The translations under genes and the position numbers were made by a program. The notes under the pieces are model-generated. The model saw nothing but the letters and a program-made list of their open reading frames with translations, was not told where the DNA came from and did not search any database. A stretch of DNA of 49,404 bases, taken from the NCBI GenBank assembly GCA_003661825.1, contig QMWW01000001.1, positions 1 through 49,404 on the forward strand. Direction: 5' to 3'. The first letter of the stretch is position 1. Each line of letters begins with the position of its first letter. Below, piece after piece: positions 34,936 through 45,820 of this stretch. The DNA is from Thermoprotei archaeon. Lineage in GTDB: Archaea; Thermoproteota; Thermoprotei_A; Sulfolobales; Desulfurococcaceae.

Positions 34936-36786
34936 CTAGCTCAGCAGATAGACCGCTAGCAGAGCTAGTAGGGTTAGTATCGATACAGCTAGGGATAACG
35001 TGTAGTAGTCTTCGTATAGCTCGATATATCTCGTTACTCTAACCTTAGCCTTACTGTAGTAAATTATCGCGGGCCGTATAAATAGCTTCTCTACACTGCC
35101 TAGAATAGCGTGGGTGCGTGCTTCAAACCCTCTCCAGAACAGTAAGCCTAGGATAACAGCTATAGGAGTAGCTAGTAGGGATACACCCACTATTAGGATC
35201 TCTTCGAGTAGAGTCAGGGGAGGTAAACTAGGCAGTTCTCTGACAATGACTACGAAGGGATAAAAGGATACATATTGCTCTATTCCAGTCTCAACAGTGT
35301 AGAACGATGTTAAGCTATTTATGAACGGTATGAGTAGTGCAGGGTTTAAGCATATAACGTTGATTACTAGGGGGAGGGCGGCCGATAGGGCGATCCACTG
35401 AGGGATCCTTCTCTCCCCCATGCCCCCTTCCCGGTTATTGCTAGAGAACCGCGTAAATACGGGGTACATGAACTTAGCTGTATACATTGATGTAAGTAGT
35501 GTTGAGAACAGAGCGATCGATACGTCTGCTATATACGTTAACTGTACTCTTAGAAGAGCTGTATGTATCATAGTCTTAGCCAGGAATCCCAGGCTCGGCG
35601 GAAGCCCTATGAGCATTAGACAAGCTATAGGTAGTAGCGCTTTAATAGGCCTGTATTTCTCTAATCCTCTACCAAGCAGATTTATTCTCCGCGTACCACT
35701 TGCTTCCTCTACTATTCCTGAGAAGAGGAATAGCGTAGACTTAGCTACGCTGTGGCTAACCATGTAGAGCATTGCTGAGCTTAACCCTATAGCCCCGGCT
35801 AGAATAGCTTCATAGCTACCATAGTGTATAGCAGTAGCTAGCGCTAAAGCCATGTATCCATTACTAGCTACAGTGCTCCACGCGAGTAGCCTCTTCTGAT
35901 CGGTTTGAGCTAGAGCTGAAAGCCCTCCATATATAATGCTTGCAAGCCCTGTGAAGAGGAGTGTGTAGTACAGGATGTAGCTATAGCTTTTAGCCAGGGG
36001 CATGAATAGGAGCAGTCCGTAGAATCCTACGTTAACGATGTATCCGCTGAGCAGTGCTGAAACAGGAGCTGGTGCTTCGGAGTGTACGGGGGGTAGCCAT
36101 CCGTGGAACGGGAACAGGCCAGCTTTTACGAGAAAGCCTATGAGCATTAGTGCTAATCCCAACCCAGGGGCTACAACTATATAACCGTTAGTAGCGAGTA
36201 TGCTCTCGATATCGGTGTATCCTGTTAAGCTTATGAGCGTAGCTATGCCGATCAACACGAACGTACTAGCAGCTAGATCTACCATCAGGTATATTCTACC
36301 AGCTACCCTCGAGTGATGTCTCTGCACATCCGATGCTATCAGCATACTCGCTACTAGCGTAGAGGCTTCTAGGAGTACTATGAACCCTATGAGGCTAGAT
36401 ACTTGAACTATTAGTAGCTGGATACCCAGTAGTAGAAGCAATGTAAACCAGTAGTGCGATCTACTGATGGTATGGGAATCCAGCTCTACGTACCAGGCGC
36501 TATAGAATACAACCGCTATCCCTACTAGGGATAACGTCAAGATAAACACGATGTTCAGAGAACCCCATAAGAGCGTAATGGTGAGCCCAGGGAAGACCTC
36601 GTAGTATACATACTCGTATAGAGGATTACTCCGTAGGAAAAGAGCAGACGCCGATGCTGAGAGCGATACTAGAAGAAGAGAAGCGGCTACGTAGGGTATA
36701 GCTCTCTGCATTCTCCGAGCTACAAGAGCTACGAATCCCAGGGAGATAGTCAGTAGAGCTACATAGAATACTAGAAGGCTCCGCAT
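34936..36786 (-). CDS. MrpA/MrpD-like antiporter subunit; mirror copy of 12619..14469
   Basis: Exact mirror with identical translation. Confidence 0.8.
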   Translation of the reverse strand: MRSLLVFYVALLTISLGFVALVARRMQRAIPYVAASLLLVSLSASASALFLRSNPLYEYVYYEVFPGLTITLLWGSLNIVFILTLSLVGIAVVFYSAWYVELDSHTISRSHYWFTLLLLLGIQLLIVQVSSLIGFIVLLEASTLVASMLIASDVQRHHSRVAGRIYLMVDLAASTFVLIGIATLISLTGYTDIESILATNGYIVVAPGLGLALMLIGFLVKAGLFPFHGWLPPVHSEAPAPVSALLSGYIVNVGFYGLLLFMPLAKSYSYILYYTLLFTGLASIIYGGLSALAQTDQKRLLAWSTVASNGYMALALATAIHYGSYEAILAGAIGLSSAMLYMVSHSVAKSTLFLFSGIVEEASGTRRINLLGRGLEKYRPIKALLPIACLMLIGLPPSLGFLAKTMIHTALLRVQLTYIADVSIALFSTLLTSMYTAKFMYPVFTRFSSNNREGGMGERRIPQWIALSAALPLVINVICLNPALLIPFINSLTSFYTVETGIEQYVSFYPFVVIVRELPSLPPLTLLEEILIVGVSLLATPIAVILGLLFWRGFEARTHAILGSVEKLFIRPAIIYYSKAKVRVTRYIELYEDYYTLSLAVSILTLLALLAVYLLS

Positions 36787-36813
36787 ACTCTACTCCACGG
36801 TACACAGCAATTT

Positions 36814-36949
36814 TAAAGTTTAGGGTTCACCTCTTTATATGCTTGTATGATTTTATATGGATGGTCATTGGTTCATCTTTGGGAGACCCGCTCTTCGGTC
36901 GGGTTTCATCCGTCATTGAGCGGGTGCCCCCAGACCCTGGGCTGGGGGC
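36814..36949 (-). ncRNA. Candidate TnpB omega-RNA; mirror copy of 12456..12591
   Basis: Exact mirror of the left-arm candidate. Confidence 0.4.
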
Positions 36950-38074
36950 TAGATGTTTAAGCGCCTTAAGGTAGATATTCATTGCTCCAATAGTATCTCT
37001 ATCTGTCATGAACCCGCATCTAGGACACGTTGCTAGTCTACGGTTATAGACTAGTTTCGCTTCACACCTTGGACACATTGCTGAGGTATCTTTAGAATTA
37101 ACGAATACTATTGGTACATTGTACTCTATAGCCTTAGTCATAATTGCTAGTTGTAGCTTACGGTAAGCGAATCTCGACAGCTTATCAGCTAGACTAGAAG
37201 ATTTCTGCGAAGAGTTAAACCATAGCCTCTCAAGGTCTTCAAGAACGATAGTACTTCTAGTTCTTTTAGCTTTAATGACTATGTACTTAGCGAACTTCCT
37301 ACACCAATCGACAACAATGTTTCTTGAGCGTCTATGCAGATTCCTTATAATCCCTAGCCATTTATCGTTACGTCTCCAAGCATAGCTATGTCTCTTCTGC
37401 ACCTCTTCAGCAAGGTGTTTAAGATATAGTGCTTCAGTAAATCTAGTACTTACTCTTCTTACCTTCCTGCCATTATATACAGCTATCTTCTTGAGATTAA
37501 CGTCGAGAGAAATCAGTCTTCTCGCCCCATATGGTTTATATACCCATCTGAAAGGTATGCTTATCCATATTCTTCCCTGTTTATCAATGCTTACTATGAC
37601 CTCGTACCATTTGCGACAAATGAACTTCTTCACATAGTCTCTACGATGTAGTAGTTTTATCTTGAACTCTTTATTCCTAAGCTTTACTACGACTAGCTGG
37701 TTTTCTAAATCTACCTTAGCATCGTATTTGTCTACCCTAGCCGATAGTTTTCTTAAGATTGGTTTCTTCCCATTGTTTTCCCTAGCTGATTTAGCTAGTG
37801 CTCTAGCGTACTTGTATATTTGTTTGCATTGATGGGCTCTAAAACCCTGCTCACGGAGTATTTTGTAAAACATCTGGTGTAGTTGGTTAATGCTTGGTAT
37901 CTTATCTAGCTCCCATAGGGCATCTATAACGTGTTGTATTGCTTTCATAGTTAAGTATAGTTCCTCTCTTAGCTCTTCGGGAGAGCCTTCAACAAGAACT
38001 CCTTGAGATTTTAGGGTTACCATATACTCTCCTCGGGGAACCACCCAAATTTCATGGGTGGTCTTCTCCCTCAT
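36827..38074 (-). CDS. tnpB: TnpB family protein; mirror copy of 11331..12578
   Basis: Exact mirror with identical translation. Confidence 0.9.
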   Translation of the reverse strand: MREKTTHEIWVVPRGEYMVTLKSQGVLVEGSPEELREELYLTMKAIQHVIDALWELDKIPSINQLHQMFYKILREQGFRAHQCKQIYKYARALAKSARENNGKKPILRKLSARVDKYDAKVDLENQLVVVKLRNKEFKIKLLHRRDYVKKFICRKWYEVIVSIDKQGRIWISIPFRWVYKPYGARRLISLDVNLKKIAVYNGRKVRRVSTRFTEALYLKHLAEEVQKRHSYAWRRNDKWLGIIRNLHRRSRNIVVDWCRKFAKYIVIKAKRTRSTIVLEDLERLWFNSSQKSSSLADKLSRFAYRKLQLAIMTKAIEYNVPIVFVNSKDTSAMCPRCEAKLVYNRRLATCPRCGFMTDRDTIGAMNIYLKALKHLAPSPGSGGTRSMTDETRPKSGSPKDEPMTIHIKSYKHIKR

Positions 38075-38328
38075 CGGAGTTTTCGCCTCATATATATTCT
38101 TTCTGGAGTCAGTTTTTCGCTATGTTATAGTATTGGTGGGAGTATGAGTATAGTCTACGTGTTTGAAGCCAAGATAATAAGCTATGGACGTGGAAGATAC
38201 ATCATATACCCACCCAAACAATATCAAGAAAAACTAAGGAAACACCACGGAAAGAAAATCAAAGTCATAGCAATAATCGAAGAAGACGCCTCATGAAGAA
38301 CATATAAAAACATGTACAATCATATAAA
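36834..38328 (-). mobile_element. tnpB-only IS element; mirror copy of 11077..12571
   Basis: Exact mirror. The termini are at 36834..36859 and 38301..38328. Confidence 0.55.
38144..38296 (+). CDS. Small AbrB-like ORF; mirror copy of 11109..11261
   Basis: Exact mirror with identical translation. Confidence 0.4.
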   Translation: MSIVYVFEAKIISYGRGRYIIYPPKQYQEKLRKHHGKKIKVIAIIEEDAS

Positions 38329-38392
38329 CTTTGCTACGGCTAGAGGCTGGTGGCATAGCTCTATACTTCCGTAGGGTTTTTGGCTACGTATT

Positions 38393-39814
38393 CTAGTGTA
38401 AGAGCCCTTCTCTCCTCAGTATGCTCCTAGCCGCTATAACTCCTGTAGCGGCTGCTACGTTTATTCCACGGGAAAGACCTGCTCCATCGCCTGCTACAAA
38501 TATGTTTTCCAGCGTTGTCTCAAGCTCTTTACTGGTGACCGCTCTCACGCTGTAGAACTTTATCTCTGGAGCATATAGTAGTGTCTGGTTGGAGGCTACG
38601 CCTGGCATAATAGTGTCTAGTCTATGCATAGCTTCGATTAGATTAGCTACGACTCTATATGGTAGAGCCATGCCTATATCGCCTGGTGTAACGTTTTTGA
38701 GCGTTGGCTCGATCGTGCTCCTATCTATTCTATCCCAGGTACTCCTCCTACCCGCTTCTAGGTCCCCGAATCTCTGTATAAGCGGTTTCCCTCCTCCAAG
38801 CCTTGTGGCTAGGCCAGCTATATACCTACCATAGGCTATAGTATCCTCTAGGGGATCTGTTAGCTTGATCGTTACGAGTAGGGCGAAGTTCGTATTCTTA
38901 GACTTAATCTCTGCATATGATTCACCGTTAACAGCTACTACCCCGTTTTCGTATCTTTCCTCGAGCACGAAGCCATAGGGATTTGCACAGAACGTTCTAA
39001 CCTTGTCGTCGTAAACCTTAGTGTACATGATGAACTTTGGATCCCTGATCACGCTGGTTATAGGCTCAGCGATATATGCGGGGATCTCGACTCTTACCCC
39101 TATATCGAGGGGTCCTGGCTCTACCTCTATGCCTCTACGTGCAGCTAGGTCGGCGAACCAGGATGCACCGCTTCTACCTGGAGCTAGCACTACATACCTA
39201 GTACTCAGTATCCCTTGATCCGTTTTAACCCTTACAGTTCTCCCACTACGCTCTAGATCGAGCGCTCTCGTTCTGAGGTAGAACCTAACGCCTCTCTCCT
39301 CGATCCGCTTGGCAATACTCTCTACTACACGTGGAGTATTCTCGCTACCTATGTGTCTCTGCGGAGTCGGTATGAACTTAGCGCCAGCTTTTGCCGCCAG
39401 CCTCTCGAGCTCGCTTGTTCTATCGCTTGGAGGCATGTAGAGTCTATCGCACGGTGCCCCGTGTTCAACGAATATCTTGTCAACATAGCCTATCAGCTCT
39501 TCCGCCTCTCTCCAGCTTCCTACGAGCTTGTGGAGCTCTCCTCCAACATCTGGTCTCAAGTTTATTGTTCCGCTACTGAGAGCTCCTGCCCCACCTACTC
39601 CATGTAGGATATGGCATGGTTTACAGCCTACGCATTTCTGTACGGCATCGTAACTAGTCCTCTGGGATCCTGTTAACGGACACCTCCTCTCGCTAGCTCT
39701 AGCCCCTCTTTCGACAACGGCTATTCTCAGCCTACCTCTGCTCTTCTCGGCTAGCTCGTATGCTGCAAAGAGGCCTGCGGGACCAGCACCAATCACTACT
39801 ACATCGTACTCCAA
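38393..39814 (-). CDS. FAD-dependent oxidoreductase; mirror copy of 9591..11012
   Basis: Exact mirror with identical translation. Confidence 0.75.
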   Translation of the reverse strand: MEYDVVVIGAGPAGLFAAYELAEKSRGRLRIAVVERGARASERRCPLTGSQRTSYDAVQKCVGCKPCHILHGVGGAGALSSGTINLRPDVGGELHKLVGSWREAEELIGYVDKIFVEHGAPCDRLYMPPSDRTSELERLAAKAGAKFIPTPQRHIGSENTPRVVESIAKRIEERGVRFYLRTRALDLERSGRTVRVKTDQGILSTRYVVLAPGRSGASWFADLAARRGIEVEPGPLDIGVRVEIPAYIAEPITSVIRDPKFIMYTKVYDDKVRTFCANPYGFVLEERYENGVVAVNGESYAEIKSKNTNFALLVTIKLTDPLEDTIAYGRYIAGLATRLGGGKPLIQRFGDLEAGRRSTWDRIDRSTIEPTLKNVTPGDIGMALPYRVVANLIEAMHRLDTIMPGVASNQTLLYAPEIKFYSVRAVTSKELETTLENIFVAGDGAGLSRGINVAAATGVIAARSILRREGLLH

Positions 39815-39825
39815 CCCCTTACCAC

Positions 39826-40839
39826 CTACAACAATCCATAGTCTCTTCTACGGTCAATCATGTGCTCTGAGTCCTCGCCTGTGCTCACGAGTGTTACTGG
39901 TATACCTAGCTTGTCCTCTAGCTCTTCGATCCACTTCCTAGCCTCTTTAGGGAGCTTATTCCACTCCTTTACGCCGCGCGCTTCGGGAAACAGAATGTCG
40001 ATCTTCGTCAGCGCTGCCTGTGTAGCACTGTTGAGTACTATAGCTCTCCTAGCTAAGTCTACGCTGAAAGGCGCTACCCGCCTTAACCTCCCAGTAACAC
40101 TTGCTCTCTCAACCATGCCCTTCTTCTCGGCTTCATCGACAGGTATTTCTCCTGGTAGAGGCCCTTTACCAACACGGGTTATATAGGACTTGAACACTAC
40201 TATTACCTCATCCACTCTCTTAGGCCCAACCCCTATCTCGGATATAAAAGCCGACGCAGTAGTATCGCGGCTAGTCACATAGGGATAAGTACCGTGGTAC
40301 AAGCTTAGGAAAGTACCTTGCGTCCCCTCAACTAGGACTTTCTGCCCCTTATCTAGTGCTTCATTAACTATATTGGGTGCGTCGCCCAGCATATCCTTCA
40401 ACACAGGATAGTCTTCAGCCAGCTTTAGTCTACGTAGAACACGGTCTGCCATAGCCGCTCCAACTCCTTGAAGCGTAGAACCTATAACTCCCGAGAGGTG
40501 TTGGCTTCTTCTCTCCATATTTACGTGCTCCTCGCTTATGATCCCCGTCCTATAGTCTACTACGACTCTACCGCGAGCATTAGTTTCATCTATTTCTTTA
40601 AACAGTACGTCCAACCTGGTGAGAGCACCGGGAGGTATAAGGAGCCTAGCTCTCTCGTATAGAAATGCTGAGGACAGTGTTCTCAGCTTCCATATCCTAC
40701 CCCGGTAAACTACTGTATGTCCCGCGTTAACCGCTCCACACCTAATAGCTATATCTGGTCTATCTACTAATCCTAGGTAGGATGCCACCTTCCCCTTTCC
40801 TTCATCACCGAAGAATCCTCCAACAATCACCACAAGCAT
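39826..40839 (-). CDS. purA: Adenylosuccinate synthetase; mirror copy of 8566..9579
   Basis: Exact mirror with identical translation. Confidence 0.93.
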   Translation of the reverse strand: MLVVIVGGFFGDEGKGKVASYLGLVDRPDIAIRCGAVNAGHTVVYRGRIWKLRTLSSAFLYERARLLIPPGALTRLDVLFKEIDETNARGRVVVDYRTGIISEEHVNMERRSQHLSGVIGSTLQGVGAAMADRVLRRLKLAEDYPVLKDMLGDAPNIVNEALDKGQKVLVEGTQGTFLSLYHGTYPYVTSRDTTASAFISEIGVGPKRVDEVIVVFKSYITRVGKGPLPGEIPVDEAEKKGMVERASVTGRLRRVAPFSVDLARRAIVLNSATQAALTKIDILFPEARGVKEWNKLPKEARKWIEELEDKLGIPVTLVSTGEDSEHMIDRRRDYGLL

Positions 40840-40843
40840 ATGA

Positions 40844-42187
40844 TCACCTCTTTCCAAGGACGTTTTCAGCATAGGATAGCGCTCTATCTATAAGCTCTCT
40901 ATAGCTACCTAGGTAGTTTTCATAGTTAAAGCACTCGTATGCATCGCTGCTATCCAGCTTTGACGAGAGATCGCTCTCTCTAAACACCTCTAGGAAATCC
41001 CTTCTCTCATCTAAAGATCTACGGACTAGTAAAGAGAGAGCTCTATGTGCTTCGTGTCTAGGCATACCGCTTTTCAGAACAAGTTTCACCATTAAGCACT
41101 CCGAAGCTATTACTCCTCTTAACAGCTCTAGGTTCCTCTTGATAGCCTCTCTATTAATCCTAATTGATCCGAGGACTTTCTCCGTATCTATCAGCATCTG
41201 ATCAGCTACTAGTAGAGTGTGTGGTAGTAGTAGTCTCTCACAGCTACTATTACTCAGGTCTCTTTCGTGCATGGTAACTATATTCTCTAGAGCTGATACC
41301 GCTAAACCGCGTAGGATTCTGGAGAGCCCCGAGATCCTCTCAGCTACTACCGGGTTGTTCTTGTGCGGCATAGTACTGCTCCCGATCATCTTCGGGGCGA
41401 TAACTACTTCTCCTATCTCCGGTCTAGCTAGCTCCCTGATCTCTAGGGCTAGCCTGTCTAGCTGACTAGCGAGGATGGAGAGATTAGCTACGAGCTCTGC
41501 ATAGCCGTCGCGCGGAGCGATCTGAGTCGTGATAGAGTGTGGTTCCAAACCGAGCTCTCTACATGCAGTTCTCTGTACAATTAATCCCTTTTCTCCCCAA
41601 GCAGCCATAGTGCCTACGGCGCCGGAAATCTTGCACCTAACCAGCCTCTTCCTAGCTTCTACGATACGCTCGTAGCTTCTAGCGAGTTCATATACATAGT
41701 TCGCGAACTTGAATCCCAGGGTTATTGGTAGAGCGTGCTGTCCATGAGTTCTCCCAATACACACGAGGTCTCGGTACTCTCTAGCTAAAGAGGCTATCTT
41801 CGCGATCACCTTGGCTAGCCTATCCAGTAAGAGGTCTAGTGCTTCGCGGAGTACTAAAGCCCAGGCAGTATCGATGACATCGTTGCTCGTAACGCCTAAG
41901 TGGACGTAGCGCCCGCAAATACCGCTGTGCTCTGCAAGGAGAATAGCTAGAGACGCTGTATCGTGTCCCGTTTCCCTCTCCATCCTGTCTACGTCTTCAA
42001 CTGCTACTCGAGCCCCGGCTTTCTCCACTTCCTCGCTACAGCCTCTAGGCGCAAACCCGGCTTCCTCTAAACTCCGCATAACTGCTTTCTCCACATATAC
42101 CATCTTGTTTAGAAGGTTCTCTCTAGACAAGAGGTTCCGCATCTCCCCTGAACCGTACCTGTAGCTTAGTGGGCATACAGAAGCCAA
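40844..42187 (-). CDS. purB: Adenylosuccinate lyase; mirror copy of 7218..8561
   Basis: Exact mirror with identical translation. Confidence 0.95.
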   Translation of the reverse strand: MASVCPLSYRYGSGEMRNLLSRENLLNKMVYVEKAVMRSLEEAGFAPRGCSEEVEKAGARVAVEDVDRMERETGHDTASLAILLAEHSGICGRYVHLGVTSNDVIDTAWALVLREALDLLLDRLAKVIAKIASLAREYRDLVCIGRTHGQHALPITLGFKFANYVYELARSYERIVEARKRLVRCKISGAVGTMAAWGEKGLIVQRTACRELGLEPHSITTQIAPRDGYAELVANLSILASQLDRLALEIRELARPEIGEVVIAPKMIGSSTMPHKNNPVVAERISGLSRILRGLAVSALENIVTMHERDLSNSSCERLLLPHTLLVADQMLIDTEKVLGSIRINREAIKRNLELLRGVIASECLMVKLVLKSGMPRHEAHRALSLLVRRSLDERRDFLEVFRESDLSSKLDSSDAYECFNYENYLGSYRELIDRALSYAENVLGKR

Positions 42188-42250
42188 TAGTTCTCCCCAC
42201 GACTTACTAGGCGGTACTACCCGTATAAACAGACGAGCGGATCAAGCCGT

Positions 42251-43249
42251 TTAGTGCAGGGCTTTTAGTAGAACTAAGCGGTCTCCGCGTTTAAGCATGG
42301 TATCCGGTCCTGGGAGGAATACGCTGTGCTCACCTCTTACTAGCAGTAGCGCTTTATACTTTTCTTTCGTCTTCCCACCAAGCATAAGCTCGAGCTCCTC
42401 AACAGTAATACCTTCTTCTCTATCACTTACAACATGCTCTACTAGGTCTGCGTAGCCTCTCGCAGTCGATACCTCGGTTAAGAAGTTCACTACAAGGGGT
42501 TCGAACACCGATGAAGCCGCGAGCCTGCCGAGCATCCTACTAGATAGAATATAGTCTACTCTAAGCTCGTGCAGAAGCTCTCTTGTTTCCTCCGATGACA
42601 CTATAGCGGTTATACGTGCTTTTTTGTTAAGCTTCCTCACGAGAAGGGAGAGGTGTAGAGCCTTGTCGTCGTCTTCAAGACAGAGTATTACGTGTTTAGC
42701 GTGTTCTACACCAGCTCTCTTCAGAGTGTCCTCGCTGTAATCCCCTACGACGTAGTCTACTGGTAGCGGGTTCTTAGGCATTTCGCCTTTAACCCATCCA
42801 GTAACTGTTTCCAGCCTGTTCTTAACTAGCTCATCAACTACCTCGGCGCAAGAACCACTATCACCAATTACCAGTATCTGTTTCTTCATCTTACCAAGCC
42901 CCATCAGGTTCTTCAACATATTAGATAGGAATGCATCGGCTATAACGGATATCGTTAAGGTATATACCACTATACCCATTACAGCAGCTACAGATGCTAC
43001 AGCGTATCCCAGCTCTGTTCTAGGAGTAACGTCTCCATAGCCTATAGTAGACATAGTTATCAGCGCCCAGTACATCGATAGATAGAAATCTACATCAGCG
43101 CGTCCACCTATAACGCTCTCCACATAGTAGAACAGGGATGCGTTGAAAAACAGAGTTGTTACAAAGAATATTACTACTATCAGGACCTTCTTCTTGGAAA
43201 GCCTCATCAGCATTTTCCTAATCTTGTAAAAGACTACGACAACCGACAA
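42251..43249 (-). CDS. RCK-domain potassium channel; mirror copy of 6156..7154
   Basis: Exact mirror with identical translation. Confidence 0.85.
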   Translation of the reverse strand: MSVVVVFYKIRKMLMRLSKKKVLIVVIFFVTTLFFNASLFYYVESVIGGRADVDFYLSMYWALITMSTIGYGDVTPRTELGYAVASVAAVMGIVVYTLTISVIADAFLSNMLKNLMGLGKMKKQILVIGDSGSCAEVVDELVKNRLETVTGWVKGEMPKNPLPVDYVVGDYSEDTLKRAGVEHAKHVILCLEDDDKALHLSLLVRKLNKKARITAIVSSEETRELLHELRVDYILSSRMLGRLAASSVFEPLVVNFLTEVSTARGYADLVEHVVSDREEGITVEELELMLGGKTKEKYKALLLVRGEHSVFLPGPDTMLKRGDRLVLLKALH

Positions 43250-43526
43250 CAGCTACACCACCAAGTAATTGGCACAGCTATACCTTATCCTAATAGGTAT
43301 TGCGTGTTGTATTTATTCTTGAGGGCTCTTGCCTCATCTAGAGCGGCTAAAATAAGCTACTAACCCGGTAGAGCTGTTTGGTAGCTCTACAGCGAAGGCT
43401 GGTCAGCAAGTAGTGTTGAATAGTACTAGTTTTATATGGCATCTTGCGTAGATCCGTATAGGGGCGGGCCCTAGATACCATCTAACGTGGAGGCTTGGTA
43501 GAAAAAACACTGCGGGTTTAGAGCAT

Positions 43527-44186
43527 ATGGCTTCAAGCCTATACACACTAGTCTACTTAACGCTTATGGTCTCGCCCTCGGGTGCTCTGAGCCCACGTCC
43601 TCTAACTATAGCGACTATAGCGATCGGCTCAAAGCAGGGGTTTAAAGGAGGCCTCCTAGTAGCTCTTGGGCACATGCTCGTAGAGCTACCTTACATAGCA
43701 GTACTATTTTATTTTATGTCTCAAGTAGAAGCTGTACTCACCGGGGTTTTCGGCGATCTCCTAGTAGCTAGCGGATCACTTGTACTATTCTACTTCGCAG
43801 TACTGCTGGTTAGAGACTCCTTGAGAGGATCCTGGCTAGAAGGTAGTGCTAGTAGTAACAGTTCTCTACTCAGAAACCCCGTAGTAGTCGGCATAGCTTT
43901 TACCGGTCTAAACATATGCTTCCTGCTATGGTGGCTGAGCATAGGCTTCACCCTTATATCGCTACTAGCTGGAACAGGGATTCTTGGAATCCTAGTCATG
44001 TACTCCAGCCATGTATGGATGGATTTCCTGTGGCTAGGTTTTGTAGCTGGCTTGGCTAGGAAAGGGCTGAGAGTGATGAGTAGCAAGAGGTACAAAGCGC
44101 TACTGCTTATTCTTGCTTCTCTCCTATTCCTATTCGGTACAAACTCTCTACTCAATAGGTTCCTGAAAGTATCTATTATCCCTTAG
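43527..44186 (+). CDS. LysE/RhtB-like membrane protein; mirror copy of 5219..5878
   Basis: Exact mirror with identical translation. Confidence 0.55.
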   Translation: MASSLYTLVYLTLMVSPSGALSPRPLTIATIAIGSKQGFKGGLLVALGHMLVELPYIAVLFYFMSQVEAVLTGVFGDLLVASGSLVLFYFAVLLVRDSLRGSWLEGSASSNSSLLRNPVVVGIAFTGLNICFLLWWLSIGFTLISLLAGTGILGILVMYSSHVWMDFLWLGFVAGLARKGLRVMSSKRYKALLLILASLLFLFGTNSLLNRFLKVSIIP

Positions 44187-44208
44187 CAAGTTATGAAGTA
44201 CTTACATC

Positions 44209-45261
44209 CTAGGGATCTATCACTAGTATAAAGCTATAGTAGTCGTGCCCTATCCTCCAGTCTTTGGGAGGGTCGATAGCCATTATAGGGTCTACTATAA
44301 CCCATACAGCCTGCTCGTTATCCTCGGCTTTTATATATGGATACCTAATACCCCTATAGCCTAGAACCTGTGATATAGACTCTAGTAATAGCTCTAAGCT
44401 ACTGATATCGCGCTCTAGGTAGACTAGGGTAGCAGCGTGTTCAGCGTATTCGTCGCCATCTGTATCGACTAGTCCTACAGCAGCCTTTAGCCCTACGCTA
44501 CGGTAGAGAGTAGCTAGCAGTACAGCGTAGTCTTCGCAGTCCCCAGCACCTACTTCTATTACCTCTGTAGGCGATGACACATACTCTAGCCCCCATGGAT
44601 CGCTGAGATACTTTATGTTCGCGTTAACCCAGCTACTTATAGCATGTACCTTGAAGACATCATTATTCATAAAGGACTGGGGGAAGCGAACGCTAATTGA
44701 AACTATTACGCTCTTAGTCTCGTTAGAGTACGTGTTATCTAGGTATAGTCTGTGGTGTTCTCTCCACGTAGCTCCCGATAGCGTGTAGCTGAACTCTGCA
44801 TCAGCTACTCTACCGAGGTTCCTAACAGTGCTCCACTTCGCGTTCTTCAATAGAACCACTACATCGCAGGATTCTTTCTGGCATGTTTTTAGCACCTTTA
44901 CCCTGATCTCGTAGACGAGGCTTGGGTAAACCTCGAATGTAACTATGCTCCAAGAGCCCGGGTAGACCTTCACTACATCCCACAGAATAGTCCTATTAGT
45001 AGCTAGGTACTTCTCCAAGATCTCGACCGCTCTTCTACGTATATCGGGTTCTACCGCGGCTATATAGCTACGTATAGTCCCGGCTATATCTCCCCCGTCC
45101 ACCCTGTTCTCTGTAAAGCGCTGAGTACTCTCTACGAGCTGTTTTGCGACGAAAAAACTGGCTAGTGCTACGGCTACTGCTGAGATAAGGATAAGTACTA
45201 CCAGCTCTCTCAAGCCTATACATATGCAAGCCGATCTAGAAGTAGAAATCATAACAACCAC
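44209..45261 (-). CDS. Transglutaminase-like protein; mirror copy of 4144..5196
   Basis: Exact mirror with identical translation. Confidence 0.7.
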   Translation of the reverse strand: MVVMISTSRSACICIGLRELVVLILISAVAVALASFFVAKQLVESTQRFTENRVDGGDIAGTIRSYIAAVEPDIRRRAVEILEKYLATNRTILWDVVKVYPGSWSIVTFEVYPSLVYEIRVKVLKTCQKESCDVVVLLKNAKWSTVRNLGRVADAEFSYTLSGATWREHHRLYLDNTYSNETKSVIVSISVRFPQSFMNNDVFKVHAISSWVNANIKYLSDPWGLEYVSSPTEVIEVGAGDCEDYAVLLATLYRSVGLKAAVGLVDTDGDEYAEHAATLVYLERDISSLELLLESISQVLGYRGIRYPYIKAEDNEQAVWVIVDPIMAIDPPKDWRIGHDYYSFILVIDP

Positions 45262-45372
45262 TTACAGAGTCTACTAATAGCTATGTCTAGAACCGCCCAA
45301 ATACCTTGCTCCGCTCTCTAATTTGCTTCTAGTGTTTAACGGTATCCTCTGTATGTTTACGTCATCGCGGAT

Positions 45373-45744
45373 TTACCTGAACATACTCCGCTTAATTTTT
45401 ACGTAGTCTACTAGCTTCCTATCACTGAGTAGAGCTAGTACTACTTCTCTGAGCCCGGCGAGCGAGACAAGGTAGTCCTCTACGCCTTCAGTGCTTGCTA
45501 GAGAACTCCTTGTCCTTTTCTCAACATATACGTATCCCTTGTTCTTCAGCTCGTTAACGGCTTTTACTATATCACTGTATTCTGGAATATCTTCTCTCAG
45601 CGTAGTATTCATCCCCTTGATCTCAACGTAGATCTCGGATAGCCATAGCCTGTGATATAGCCCTAATACCCTGAGGACATCGCCCATTGTTCTCTCAAAT
45701 CCTTTCTCTGCGGCTAGGATATTGTATATTTCCACTAGATTCAT
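45373..45744 (-). CDS. Hypothetical protein (possible winged helix); mirror copy of 3661..4032
   Basis: Exact mirror with identical translation. Confidence 0.35.
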   Translation of the reverse strand: MNLVEIYNILAAEKGFERTMGDVLRVLGLYHRLWLSEIYVEIKGMNTTLREDIPEYSDIVKAVNELKNKGYVYVEKRTRSSLASTEGVEDYLVSLAGLREVVLALLSDRKLVDYVKIKRSMFR

Positions 45745-45820
45745 CCCCTATAGTATATTTTGCATTATACAGCTATAAACTAGCCGCTCGAGCCTTTCGG
45801 GATCGTTGCAGCATACCCAG